DNA from: Sphagnum compactum
Taxonomy: Eukaryota
Length of the DNA: 64,000 bases
Reading direction: 5' to 3'
Assembly (NCBI GenBank): GCA_965153455.1
Contig: OZ234493.1
Span: forward strand, 29,812,213 to 29,876,212
Part shown: positions 26,901 through 38,769 of the stretch, one piece after another
Position numbering within the stretch: position 1 is the stretch's first letter
Layout of the letters: the number at the start of each line of letters is the position of its first letter
The notes under the pieces: model-generated
Seen by the model: only the letters and a program-made list of their open reading frames with translations
What the model was told of the DNA's origin: nothing
Databases searched by the model: none
Position numbers and translations under genes: made by a program

Positions 26901-29509
26901 TAGAGAGGTCTACATAGAGGGTGGTGGTTGCAGTCACCTGCACCCTGAACATATCCTTGAAGCAAACTACTGTTGACTATATGGATGCAGTAATTCCACA
27001 ACTTGAAAACATATCTATGAGACTGCAGAGAAAAATACTCAACAGCACATTGAAGCTAACTGTATTTGAGTTCTGGCCAAACCAAAACAAAATATGACAA
27101 GAATGAGTCTGCTCATAACCTTGTGCCTGTATCTCACAAAGTATGACCATCACCTTCATTACAAATAGCATGAATAGCAGTAATTAGCTGCATTACTCCC
27201 CACTGACTTCATCAGCTCTGAAAAGTGGGGTTAGGAAGGTATATTATAATCTGTTTAAATTTCATGAAAACAACTAGGCAAGAATTTGTGTCCTCAGTCT
27301 CTGTCACATTTCTGGAAGCCATGGGAATACTCAGTGCACTAATACACATTCAAAAGCGTTTGAAAGATGCACGCTGCAGGGAAAGGGAGAGAGTACATTT
27401 AGCAACTTGGTCACAGATCCCAAAGGCTTAGATTAGAACACATACTACTGCAAGCATCAGAGCCGTGGATGGCAGGACTGCAGTGCCACCAGGAACATAG
27501 AGACCCACTGCATTGACAGCCCTGGCAACTCTCCAGCATTGCACCCCCTGGCCATAACAGACATTATCCACCATCCAGAAATTTAATCAGCCAGAAGTGT
27601 ACAAACACTCTCACATATTTACAAAAAGCTAAAGTTTCTTTGAAAATGACAGAGACAGAAAATAAGCAATACTGCAGTTGAATGGAGTGTGAGAAACACT
27701 AACTGGCATAGTCTCAACTTGCAGCTGTTGTGTCTTTCGCTGTGCCGCATGGAAGACATAAATGTTGTCATAGGCCACATCAAAAGCTGCCTTCACATCA
27801 GAATCAAGCTGTGTTCACATTGCAAAAGCAAGTGAGAAGTAATTGAAAATAGCTATGAGATAAAATGCAAATGAAACCATCATCCAACAGCCACTTTATT
27901 CCTCCTACTCAATTCACAAAAGTGAGAGAGACAGAGACAGAGAGAAAGGAAATAGAGGGGAGGGAGTATTTGTGCTTCGGATTCCAGATGTGTACTCATT
28001 ACTTAAAACCCATAGTTAAAGCATAATGTCCACAGAGGACAGATTACTGCTGAAGAAAATTTTCTTACCACAGGATCTGGCAGATCACAGACTCTCTCAA
28101 CAATCTTTTCAAGGTCCACACCATCAAAGCGTTTTGTGTATCTGCACAGACAAACCCATTGCCAAACTAACTCCATGCCCTCACACCTTACACAGCAATA
28201 CCTATTGTGTGCACTACTAACAAGGAGTCCTCTATCCTCCATCCTGGGTTTGCAGATAAAGCTATACCAAATCCATAATTAGATCTATCAGCTGGCGAGG
28301 ATCTATTCATGCATGGTGATCTCAATGCACAAGAAAATACAAAGCATTCTGCATTGGCAGGATGCCGTATCAGTAAATCAAGAAAGGATGAATAATACTT
28401 TTGCCAGTTCTTTGGATATCCATGGCAGAAGTGATTACCATCACTGCTGTAGTAAGATGGATTTGTCATCAGGATTTTAGGTGTCAAATCTGCAGAAGGG
28501 TAGGAAAAACTGCAGACAGATAAATGCTGGATCTTGAAATTTCACAATTAGCATCTAGAGTGCATTAAGGATCAGTAGACTCACTCCCTAACTGCTGCAT
28601 CTCCTCGCTTTTGAACATTTTCCACTATAGGGGCAACCTTCCACCAAGAAAACAACAATCACAATTTTCACAGTAGCATTTGTGAATCAGTTTCATATGT
28701 ATACAGCTATGAGAGGATTCACCCAAGGATACAATAGCATGAAAGGAACAAGGACCCTGGATACACCCTCAATTGTGCAGCCTGTATGTGAAAAACGGGA
28801 AGAGGGTTTACCGTCTCAAAAATGGAAGAGAAATCAATTCGAGGGCGGTTGCGAAGATCTTGCACTTGGTCTGCATTCAGCTCAGATAGCTTGTAGATTT
28901 TCATCTTGACTGGTTTGATCCCTTCTTCGTGAGGGGCTGCGAATTCATGACAAACGATGTCAGCATTCTGCCCACGGAGGGCATAGCAATTAGAATTGAG
29001 TCCGTGTTCGAAATTTAGCAATCGGCATTCCGTCCGGGCTCTCAAGGGATGAGAATTTGAAAGACATCACTGACCGATAGCCTGAGCCTCCGGTAATGCG
29101 GATGCTTGGAGTTCAATCGGCGCTGCAAAGACCATCCGAAGTGGTGATAAGAAAACTACCTAATGAACTTCGCTGGACGAACACAATGCGGAGGAGAAAG
29201 ATCAAGCATTTCACAAGCAGGAAGAGAGAGAAAGACTAGGACTTCAGGCTCACCAGCAGAAGCTTTCACCATGGCGACTGCGAGTTTGCGTTGCTCAGGA
29301 TCCCAACCTCCTGAGCTCCAAAAACCGGAGCTTACAAACCCTAAAGTCCTCTGCGTATGGGCTTGTACACAGCAAAGATGAAGTGGTCGACGGGATTTTC
29401 TGACACCCAGTTGAACAGGCACCCAAGACGACTGTCCAGAGTTTGTTGCTACTGGCGAGGAGAGGCAATACGGAGCCGAAGAAGAAGGAACCAGAAACCC
29501 CATCGCCAT
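23913..29509 (-). CDS. HISN8: Histidinol dehydrogenase, plastid-targeted, 14 exons
   Basis: Approximate exons (-): 29509-29254, 29123-29076, 28936-28812, 28637-28585, 28141-28069, 27808-27704, 27547-27446, 26380-26309, 26141-26079, 25872-25831, 25673-25614, 25295-25185, 24946-24776, 24498-24408, 24188-23913. That is 15 segments if the 48-nt 29123-29076 exon is counted; it is the least certain. All introns are GT-AG. Motifs: [107 protein letters not shown]. The N-terminus is Ser-rich and transit-peptide-like. Confidence 0.97.
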
Positions 29510-29606
29510 CGCTGCAGAAACTCCTAGCTCCTCGGAGCTCCGGAATCCAGCCCAGGAAAAGGGCTCCCACCAACGAACGAGACACAGCTCATCGTTCGTC
29601 CCACAG

Positions 29607-32600
29607 GGCCAGAGTGAACCAGCATCCACCAGTGCACCAGTTGGCCGTTCTGTCCGTAGGATGGGCTGCGTTTCTTCATCCGGTTCCTGACCCTGTGTTA
29701 ACCCAACATTGTACCACAGTCAACCTTTTTGGCTGCTAACCTTCGACCCTTTTTATTTTTTGGGTGTTTTCTTCCCAACTCTGACCCATACTACCCTCCA
29801 ACCTAATCACCCTAGTTCCTTAGCTACCCTACTGACCTAGCTACATTATTGACTTGCATCTTGGCTCTACCTACCAACCCCTTACCTACCTACCTTCTAT
29901 TTTTTCATGGTTAAACCTATATTTCTTGACTAAACTTTTGCCTTTTGGCACAACTTCTAACTCTTCTTGGCTAAATTTATATCTCTTGGTTAAACCTTTT
30001 CCTTTTGGCACAACTTTTAATTCTTCTTAGCTAAACCTATATTTTTTGGTTAAACATTTTCTTTGGCGCCCCGATCTTAGATGTAGGTTGACTAATCGTC
30101 GCTGGTGTCAGCAGCGAAGCCAGCGTTCAGCCAGCGCACTCGCAGGCAATCAGCTGTTCCCCAACGCCTCGCTGGAGCGCGGCGGAAAGGCGCTGATTGA
30201 TTTGGTAGATGGTCTGACCTCAGGGTCGGTTGTGTTTGTCAGCGTGACGGGTGGCGATCTTGCGGATCATGATGCGCGTTTCGGGGACGGAGCCGTCGAA
30301 CGTCTCCCAGGCCATGGCGATCAAGCGTAGGCCATTGCGGCAACACTTCTCCTCGTCGTCGGAGTGCTTCTTGGCGGCGGCGGCCTTGGCAGCGACCAGA
30401 CTCTTTCCCGCCGCACGATCGATGAAGGTGGGCTGCAGTGGGTGTGTAATCAGAGAGTCCAGGCAGGCGTCTTGGCCGGCGCAAAACATCGGGAGCAAGA
30501 CGTCAGTGGGACGATCCTTGCGGCCGGCAATTAGGCCGGTCTTCTCGAGGCGGGACTTGAGACCCGCCTCATTGGCGATGATGTTCTGCACGTACGACAT
30601 GCGATCGTGGCGGCGAATGGTGTGCGGCCCGTGCCTGCAGGTCACGGCATGGTCGCCGTACGGGTCCATCACGTGCAGACGGCACTTCGGGCAGCGGATG
30701 GCTGGGCATGTCTTCAAGCCCAGCCGGAACTGGACGACACGCTGGAAGTGGCGCGATGGCAGGGTGAGGCCGAGATAGGGCAACGGCAGGGCGGTAAGGT
30801 ACCCTGACGCCCAGCCAGCGCGCAAAGACTGGAGGCGCCCCTTGTTGCGCACGTTGCTGTCGGCGAACAGGCGATCGTACTCGGCCTCGTTCATCAGGTG
30901 CATGATCTTGGACTGGATGCCGGCGCACGACGCCTCGGGGTTGAACTGGAGGATCTTGTTCAGGGCGGCGAGGTTGCCCGGGTTGACACGTTAACGTAGG
31001 CGCTCAAATTCGGTGCTAAGGTCGTCGGTCGGGTCTGCGTCGGCGTCGTTGCGACCGAGCAGTTTGTTGACCAGGCCGGCGGTGCCCAGGCGCGAGCTAA
31101 CGTAGGCGGCATCGGGGTGGTCCTCGACAATGCCAATGGCCAACCCGGCCTTGCCGATCGGCAGGTGGGCCTGCTTCCAAGCGAGCGGGTCGTCGATTTG
31201 GGCGGAGAGTATGGCCTCAATTGCCATCTACCACTTCTGGTTGGCGGTCTGCAATTCGTTGCGGATATAGTCGCGGCGCACGGTGCGAAGCAGGTGGTTG
31301 AACTTGGACGAGTTGGCGCTGCCGCGCAGGATGATCATCTCAGTCTGCGGGTCGTTGATGTATGGGATGCGATCGAGGATCGACTTGATGTTGTCGATCT
31401 TGGCCTTGATGAAGTCCTGCACGTACGAGTCGAGGCCGATCGGGCAGCCGAGCGTCTTCTGGCCGTCGTCGAATGTCTTGAACTTAATCGTTGCCGGGAA
31501 CAGGCACCGCAAGTCGATCGCGTCAGCGTCGCTCGTGATCGACGACTTGTGCAGCTGCAGGTGGAGGCCGTGCTCAGGTCCGTCGTCGACGAACATCTGG
31601 ACGGCTCGACTTGTGTCATTGAGCGTGCCGACGATCTTGCCATCATCGAGGTACCACGCGTTCAGCTGCAGGTCGGGGATGATGTTGTGCACCTTGAGGA
31701 GGAAGGCGTGCAGGGTCAGCGAGAACAAAAGGCCGGCCAGCGGGTCACCCTGGTCGACGCCGGATGTCAGCGAGAACACGTGATCCTCGTAATACAGGCG
31801 GCCCGCCTGCGTGTAAATGGCGGCGATGAACCGCGCCATGCCCGGCAGCTTGTCGACGACCGAATCAATGGCGGTTTGGCGTAGGCATCGCCCGTAGGCG
31901 TTCTGCAGGTCCAGGTCGACCTACATTTTCTTTTTGGCATAACTTCTAACTCTTTTTGGTTAAACTTATATTTCTTGACTAAACCTTTTCTCTTTGGCAC
32001 AACTTCTAACTTTTCTTGACTAAACCTATATTTCTTGGTTAAACCTTCATCTCTTCATGGCTAAACGTTTACATATTCACAAAATCTCTATATCTTTTTA
32101 GCTAAACGTTTATCTTTTGACAAAACCTTTACTTTTCAACAAAACCTATATATTTTCTTAGCTAAACCTTTACCTTTTGAAAAAAAATTTAACTTTTCTT
32201 GGTTAAACCCATATCTCTTGACAAAACTTCCATCTCTTCATGGCTAAACCATATACATGTTAACAATTTATTCATAATTAAATTTTTTATCTCTTAGCAA
32301 AACCTAAACCTCATTTTAACTAAATTTTTACCTTTCAACAAAACCTTAATATTTTCTTGCCTAACTTCTACCACTTGAAAAAACTTTGAACTCTTCCTGG
32401 CTAAACCTCTACCTCTTGGCAAAACCTTTATTTTTTATGGGCTAAACTTTTACCTCTTAATAAGACCTCTATCTCTTCTTGATTAAGCCTTTACAAAATG
32501 GAAAAACTTTTAATTCTTCCTGGCTAAACCTATACCTTTTAGCAAAACTTCCATCTCTCCATGGCTAAACCTCTACTTGTTGGCAAAAGCTTTATCTTTT

Positions 32601-35061
32601 CTTGGTTAAATTTTTATTTTTTAAAACAACTTTTATATTTTCTTGAATTAATTTAAAGACTATTTTTTCAACAAACCTTTTAACAAAACTTTTGGCTACC
32701 CTATTGACCTAACCATCTTTTATTGACATAATTACATTATTGACCTAACTTGTTTTTTATTTATGTACATACCTACTTGCTTAGCCACCAACCTACCTAC
32801 ATATTTATTTACTTACCTACCCACCCCCACTCACCTACTTACTTATCATTTACATGATGTTAATGTCTGCTAATGTATGATATACAAAATATGAAGGTAT
32901 TGCACTAAATGAAATAACAACCATTTTAATCATATTTGACCCCTTGATGTCAATAAACAGTAACCCTAAATGCGGGTATTGCTCTTTAATCAACTTTTGT
33001 GACCCACACATAGGTATTACATATTTTGGTAATTATTGTTAAAAGTTAAAATAGTTGAAAATCCAATCACAAAATACAATATCCACATATGAAAACAATG
33101 TCATTTCAAATACAATACACTTCAATAATTATTACATATTTTGTGACCAAAATGCAAACATTCTTTTTTTTTTCCTTTTGAATTTTTTTCTTTTTAATTA
33201 TTTTTTATGTCTTTTTTCTAGATTTTTTTCCTAATTTTTTTCCTTTTTCTTGTTAAATTTCTTTTTCTTTTTCTTGTTCTTGTTTATTTTCTTTTATTAT
33301 TTATCACAATTAGTTTATTTCTTCTAATTTTCTATTTTTTATCATCGTCATTTTTTTCATTGAACATGCATATTTTATGCCCAACATTTGGGTACTACAC
33401 AAACCATCCAAAAAAAATCAGCCGACATTTTATGCTTCAAATGTGGGTATCGCAAAATCATTATAACAAAACTAATGTTATTTTGTGACCCTTATGCAAG
33501 TATTCACATTGAACTTTATTTTTTTGAAATTCTTTTAATGCAATAATTTGTAATATGTTTCAAACTCATATTTTTAGGGGAAATTTCAACAAAGTATTAA
33601 TGCAATGCTCACATTCAAAGCATGTAAACATAATACAAACATGCGGTTGCAATTGCAATAAAACAAAACTTGTATGTTTTGATACAAGTATCACATCTAT
33701 CAAAACTTTTTTAAATGTCCAAAAGTTGGAAAACAAGAACTCCATGCCATTGTTTATGCCAAAGAAACTTAAGTAAGATATGCATGTTATTTTCTAACCT
33801 CAAAAGACACCTTTCTAAACCTATTTTCATTAGCCAACACGTCATGTGTTCATCAATGAATTCTTGTTGTTGAAACCACCTTAATAGCATGTTGATGAGT
33901 GTAAAGTTGATAGTGATACAATTAGAGTTGAATGGCATGGGTTACAAATTGGTATTTCATAGTTATTCAAAGTCTACATCAAACACATGATACACATTAA
34001 TATGCAAATTTGAAAAATATAAACCAAGCCCCAAAAATTTATTTGGGAATGAACATATATAGTCTATTGGATTTTTAAAAAAAAGAAAAATTGGACAAAC
34101 AAGTTGAAAATAAAAAATAAAGGAAATAGAAAAACAAACTTCATCTTTTGGAATTTTGAAGACCAAAAAGAATGGGAAAATAGGGGCAAAAAACCCAAAA
34201 AATCTTTTTATTCTTAAAGAAAAAAAAAAAGGAAAACAATACAATGAAAAGGAAACAAAAACTAGAATTCTTCTTCTTGAATTAACAATAACAAGGAAAA
34301 GAAAACAACTTCTTCTTCTAAAATTTTAAAAGTAGAAAAAACTAGAAGAAAACAAAAACAATCTTTGTCTTCTTTTATTTTTATTTTTATCTTCTTCTTT
34401 TTTAATTTCCATTTCCTTATCTTTTATTCTTTTGTCTTCTTCTCTTTCTTTTTCTTACTTTTCCTTTTTGTTTTTACTTTCAAACCAAAACAACAAGACA
34501 AGGAAAAGGATAAAGGCATACCTTGCATGATGTGTATAACTAGTGATGATGCAACAAGAAATGGTAGCAAATGCAATGATGTGATGACAAAAAAAAAAAT
34601 GCTTGAAGAAAGAAAATGACAGCAGAAATTGAATGAAATGATGAAGAAGTTGTAACAATAGAGGAAAACAAAGAAACAAAAGATGACAAAAAAACTAAAG
34701 TAACAACAAAATGAAAGAAAAAAATGATAAAAAAAAATCTATAACACAAACAAAAGAGAAAAATTAATAATAATAACGATAATAGTAAGAAGAAAAGGGG
34801 AAAAAATGATGAAGAAAAAGCTACAACAACAATGGAAGAAAAGAAAGAAAAAACAAAAGAAGAGAAGAAGAAAGAAAAGAAGGGAAAAAAAGGGGGGAAA
34901 TTTTTTGAAATCTCAAGGAAGGGTGGGCTAGTGAAAAGAAAACAAATAACCCACCTCAATGTTTGGTTTGGTTTAGGTTAAATGGTTTGGGTTCATCCCA
35001 AAATGGCCAAAACAGTCTCATCCATAATTGGTGCATTGGTGGGTGTTGGTTCACTCTGGCC
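29607..35061. mobile_element. Non-autonomous TIR DNA element A (Mutator-like family) with CTAAACC-rich subterminal arrays; hosts the CRE-like insertion
   Basis: Left end GGCCAGAGTGAACCAGCATCCACCAGTGCACCAGTT (29607-) is the inverted repeat of AATTGGTGCATTGGTGGGTGTTGGTTCACTCTGGCC (-35061). The interior is AT-rich with no transposase ORF. Confidence 0.8.
30068..31922 (-). mobile_element. Young, GC-rich, 5'-truncated CRE-clade-like non-LTR retrotransposon (RT, CCHC, RLE)
   Basis: One frame 31920-30127 with three in-frame stops (31228-31230, 30991-30993, 30220-30222) and no frameshift. Motifs: DLDLQNAY, GVDQGDPLAGLLFSL, AWYLDDG, KTLGCPIG, FRLGL..CPKC..DPYGDHAVTC..RRHD, RPTDVLL..ACLD..AAAKKH. Flanked by ACATTTTCTTTGGC (30054-30067) and ACATTTTCTTTTTGGC (31923-31938), a probable TSD. 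Confidence 0.9.
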
Positions 35062-36849
35062 CCAAATCCTGACCAAACGAAAACTAAACCTTGCTTCTTC
35101 TTCTGTTCCTCCAACTATGGGACGACTTGAGTGAACCAGCACCCACCAATGCACCAATTGGCCATTCTATCCATAGGATGGGTTGCATTTTTTCATCCGG
35201 CTCCAAACCCTACATTAACCAACATTGTACCACAATCAACCTATTTTGGCTACTAACTTTTGACAATTTTTTGGGGGGCTATTTTTTTTCCCAACCCTGA
35301 CCTCCATATAACCCTCCCACCAAACTATCTTGCTAACTTACATCTTAGCACTACTTAACAATCAACCCCTACTTACCTACCCTTTATCTTTGCATGAGTA
35401 AATTTCTATCTCATAGCAAAACCTCACCCAAAGTCAACCAGCCCCCATGATTGCACTAGTTGGCTGTTCTATCCATAGGATGGGCTGGATGATTCGCCTC
35501 TTTTTCATTCACCTCTTTACCTTACGTTAACCAACATTCTACCATAGTTAATCTTTTTTAGTTGCTAACCTTTGACCATTTTTTTTTTCATTGCCAATTT
35601 TTTCCCAACCCTTCTTGACTAAACTTTTATCTCTTGGCTAAACCTATATATCTTACTAGCTAACTTTTATTTTTTTCCTAAACCTATATTTCTTATTGGT
35701 TAAACATATATTTCTTGGCTAAATTTTAATTTTTGGTTAAACTTATATTACTAGCTAAAAACATTTCTTTTGGCAAAACCTATATCTTTTGGCTAAACCT
35801 CTTTTTTTTTTGTTAAACTTATATTTCTTGACTAAACTAATAACCTTTGGCTAAACCTATATATCTTCTTAGTTAAAATTATTTCTCTTAGTTAAACCTA
35901 TATTTTTTCTTAATTAAATTTGTATATTTTGGATAAACCTATATTTCTTCTTAGCTAAACTTCTATTTCTTGGCAAACTCTATATATCTTATTGGTTAAA
36001 CTTCTATTTAATTCCTACTCCAGAAGTTAACCAAAAAAGTAGATACATTTTTTAGTAATGCCATTTTAATTATTTGCAAAACATCTACTTATTGGCAAAA
36101 CCTATCTACCCACACATTTTTATACCTACCTATGCACTTGTAAATTATGGACTTCAATTGCAAAACTTATAATGTAAAATTTGGGTATTGCAATCGCGAA
36201 TTTTTTTTTGGCGGTAGTCCTCTACCTCCACTTTGGACCATTTAATGCAAGATGTACTTAGTTTAATTAAGGAATAAACTTGATAAATATAAAGTTAAAA
36301 AGACATCAAACATTTATGAATATTTGCACAATTTTTAATACTAATCAAAATCAATCCTATGTTAGATTTTGGGGGGGAAATTTGGCTAAATTTTCACATA
36401 CAAATACTTGCAACAAGATGCATTTTATCTCTTTTGAAGGTGAATGAAGAAAGTCTCAAGTTGAAACGACCACACTAAAGGTATGAGATAAACTATTATT
36501 TCATTCATTTAATTTTTTCTTTTCATTGGGTTTCAATTTTATTTCATCACTCACTCCTAAAAGATTATTTTGTATGGCATTTGTATATGTTTATATAGTT
36601 TTAACTTTTATGACATTTACCATTAAAATTGTTTAGGTTTATATATCAATTTTTGGGGTAATTAGTTTTAAATTTTAAGGCTAATGCTTCCATTTATTAT
36701 AATTTTTAATTGATTAACTTTAAAATTCAAAACATATTGTTATAAAAAAAAATTGTATTCCATTTGTAGTTTTGTTTGTATAATCATTAGGTTGAAAGCA
36801 TTTATCATTAGGATTATTTAAGGTTTTAGGTTTAAGGCTTAATGAAATG

Positions 36850-37020
36850 TGCAAATAGACCAGCAAGAAAACCCTACACAATATGAAGGTATCGCAAATA
36901 AACTAGTAAGACAACTCTAAAAAATGACGGTATTACAAACTAACAAATAAACCCTAAATATAAGGAGGGCATTGCAAATAGGCTAACAATTAAAACGTTC
37001 AAACAATGAGGATATTGCTT
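36850..37020. repeat. Short diverged tandem repeat, ~38-bp unit, 4-5 copies
   Basis: Recurring GCAAATA..AACCCTA..ATATGAAGGTAT pattern. Confidence 0.55.
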
Positions 37021-38769
37021 GAAAAAAATTGGGCAAAAAAATACCCCATCTTCATTCTCAAATAGAGAATGAAGATGGGGTTTAGGGTTTGGATTGGGAT
37101 TTTTTGTTCGTAATGTGTTGCATTACACTTTTTTAAACCCTATCATGTGAAATGTATCATCCATCACAACAAATTTACTTTCAAGAATAGGAGTGGGATT
37201 AAGGTTTACCTTCAAAAGTAATAGTATAGATGATAATTTTTTGTTCCACTTCAATTTCCTCTTCATTTGCTATAACATTTTGTTGATTATTGGCAATCAC
37301 CTTTTCTTGGCGTTTAAGTTTCTTTCGAAGACATGCCATCCTACAACAAAAGCACTCAAATCCTTAAACAACAATCAATCCAAAAAAGGAAAACAAAAAC
37401 TTGAATCTCCCCAACAATAGTGATTACCACCGTTACCCAAGAACTTCAAGCTCCCTTAAACAAATAATTGCAAACAACATATAAAAGGGATAGTAACTTA
37501 TTTTTTCCACCTTGCTACAACTTTTTTATATAAAAACAACAACTTGAAACAATAAGAATTACAGATTTAAATGTTCCCAATATCAATAATAATAAATATT
37601 GTTCATTATATTTAAAGGCTTAAAAGCCCTATACTTTAAAAAAAAAATTTATTAAAATTTATTAATATAGTCTAATTATAAAATTTAATTACTATATCTA
37701 TATTTCAATATAATTGAATTGAATTAATAAAAATCACTAATTTATATTATAATTATTTTGCTATATTGACTAATTATTTACATGAATTCATCATAAATTA
37801 ATTTTTATAATTGAAATTTTATTAATAATTACATTAAATCTTGGGCATGACACGTGGTGCCTTTGTGTACAACAATTTTAAAAAAATAGCAGAAGATGAC
37901 GACAAGCCCAGATCTCGGCTCATCATCATCTTCTACACTTCAGGAAAAAAATCAAGGGACAACAATGAGCCAGTATGGACCACCGCCCCTTCTCAAAATA
38001 AAATAGAGGAGTTTCTCCTATATGAAAGAATCAAACTAAGAGCAGAAACACTACCTAGAAACTCTCTTTACCTTTTGGTCCTACGTCATTTGGTGAAGTT
38101 TACGCTTTACTAAAAGCCACCAGAAGATGTGTCACAGAGAACACCTATTCTCTTAGAATTCTCAAGAATTTCCACAACAAATCATATGAAAATAAGCAAA
38201 AAATTTCAAAGATCACTAGAACATAATGGGCAAATACATTTTGCAAGTTAGAGTAGAAAAACAAGATAGGAGCAGTCCAAGCAGAACATTGTGAGCTTGT
38301 GCAAGCAATGCAGGAGCTCAAGGCAATGTGGCCTCACCACAAAGCAATAATTACAATGAGAACACATGAGGCAATATGACCTCACCACATGCTAGTATTT
38401 TTGAATAAAGCTCAAGGCCTCCTAAAAAATAAGAGTGAATTGTTCAATGTATTGCATGCACCCATTTACAAAATCACTAGTTCAAGTATTCTCAAAATAT
38501 CTGAAAATTTGAAAAATTGTCAATTTTATTGTGCCCATTTACAAATGAATAAAATGAATTTCCAACACACACAAGAAACTCCAGCCAGCATCACTGGAGT
38601 GGGTTCTTTTGGCTAGGAGCCTGTCCAAATGATGTATACCTCACTGCCCCTTTCCTCCTTACCTTTGCATTTGTTAGGGGGTGGTGACATCCCCACATAC
38701 AGGAAGATATAGTAATGATGCATTAGGTGGTGATGCAGCCAGTGAGCTCACACTTGAGAAAAAACCCAG

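Noticed and set aside
30046..31884. Long plus-strand and alternative-frame ORFs over the CRE-like element
   Set aside because: Shadow ORFs expected from high GC content; the motif-bearing frame is on the minus strand.
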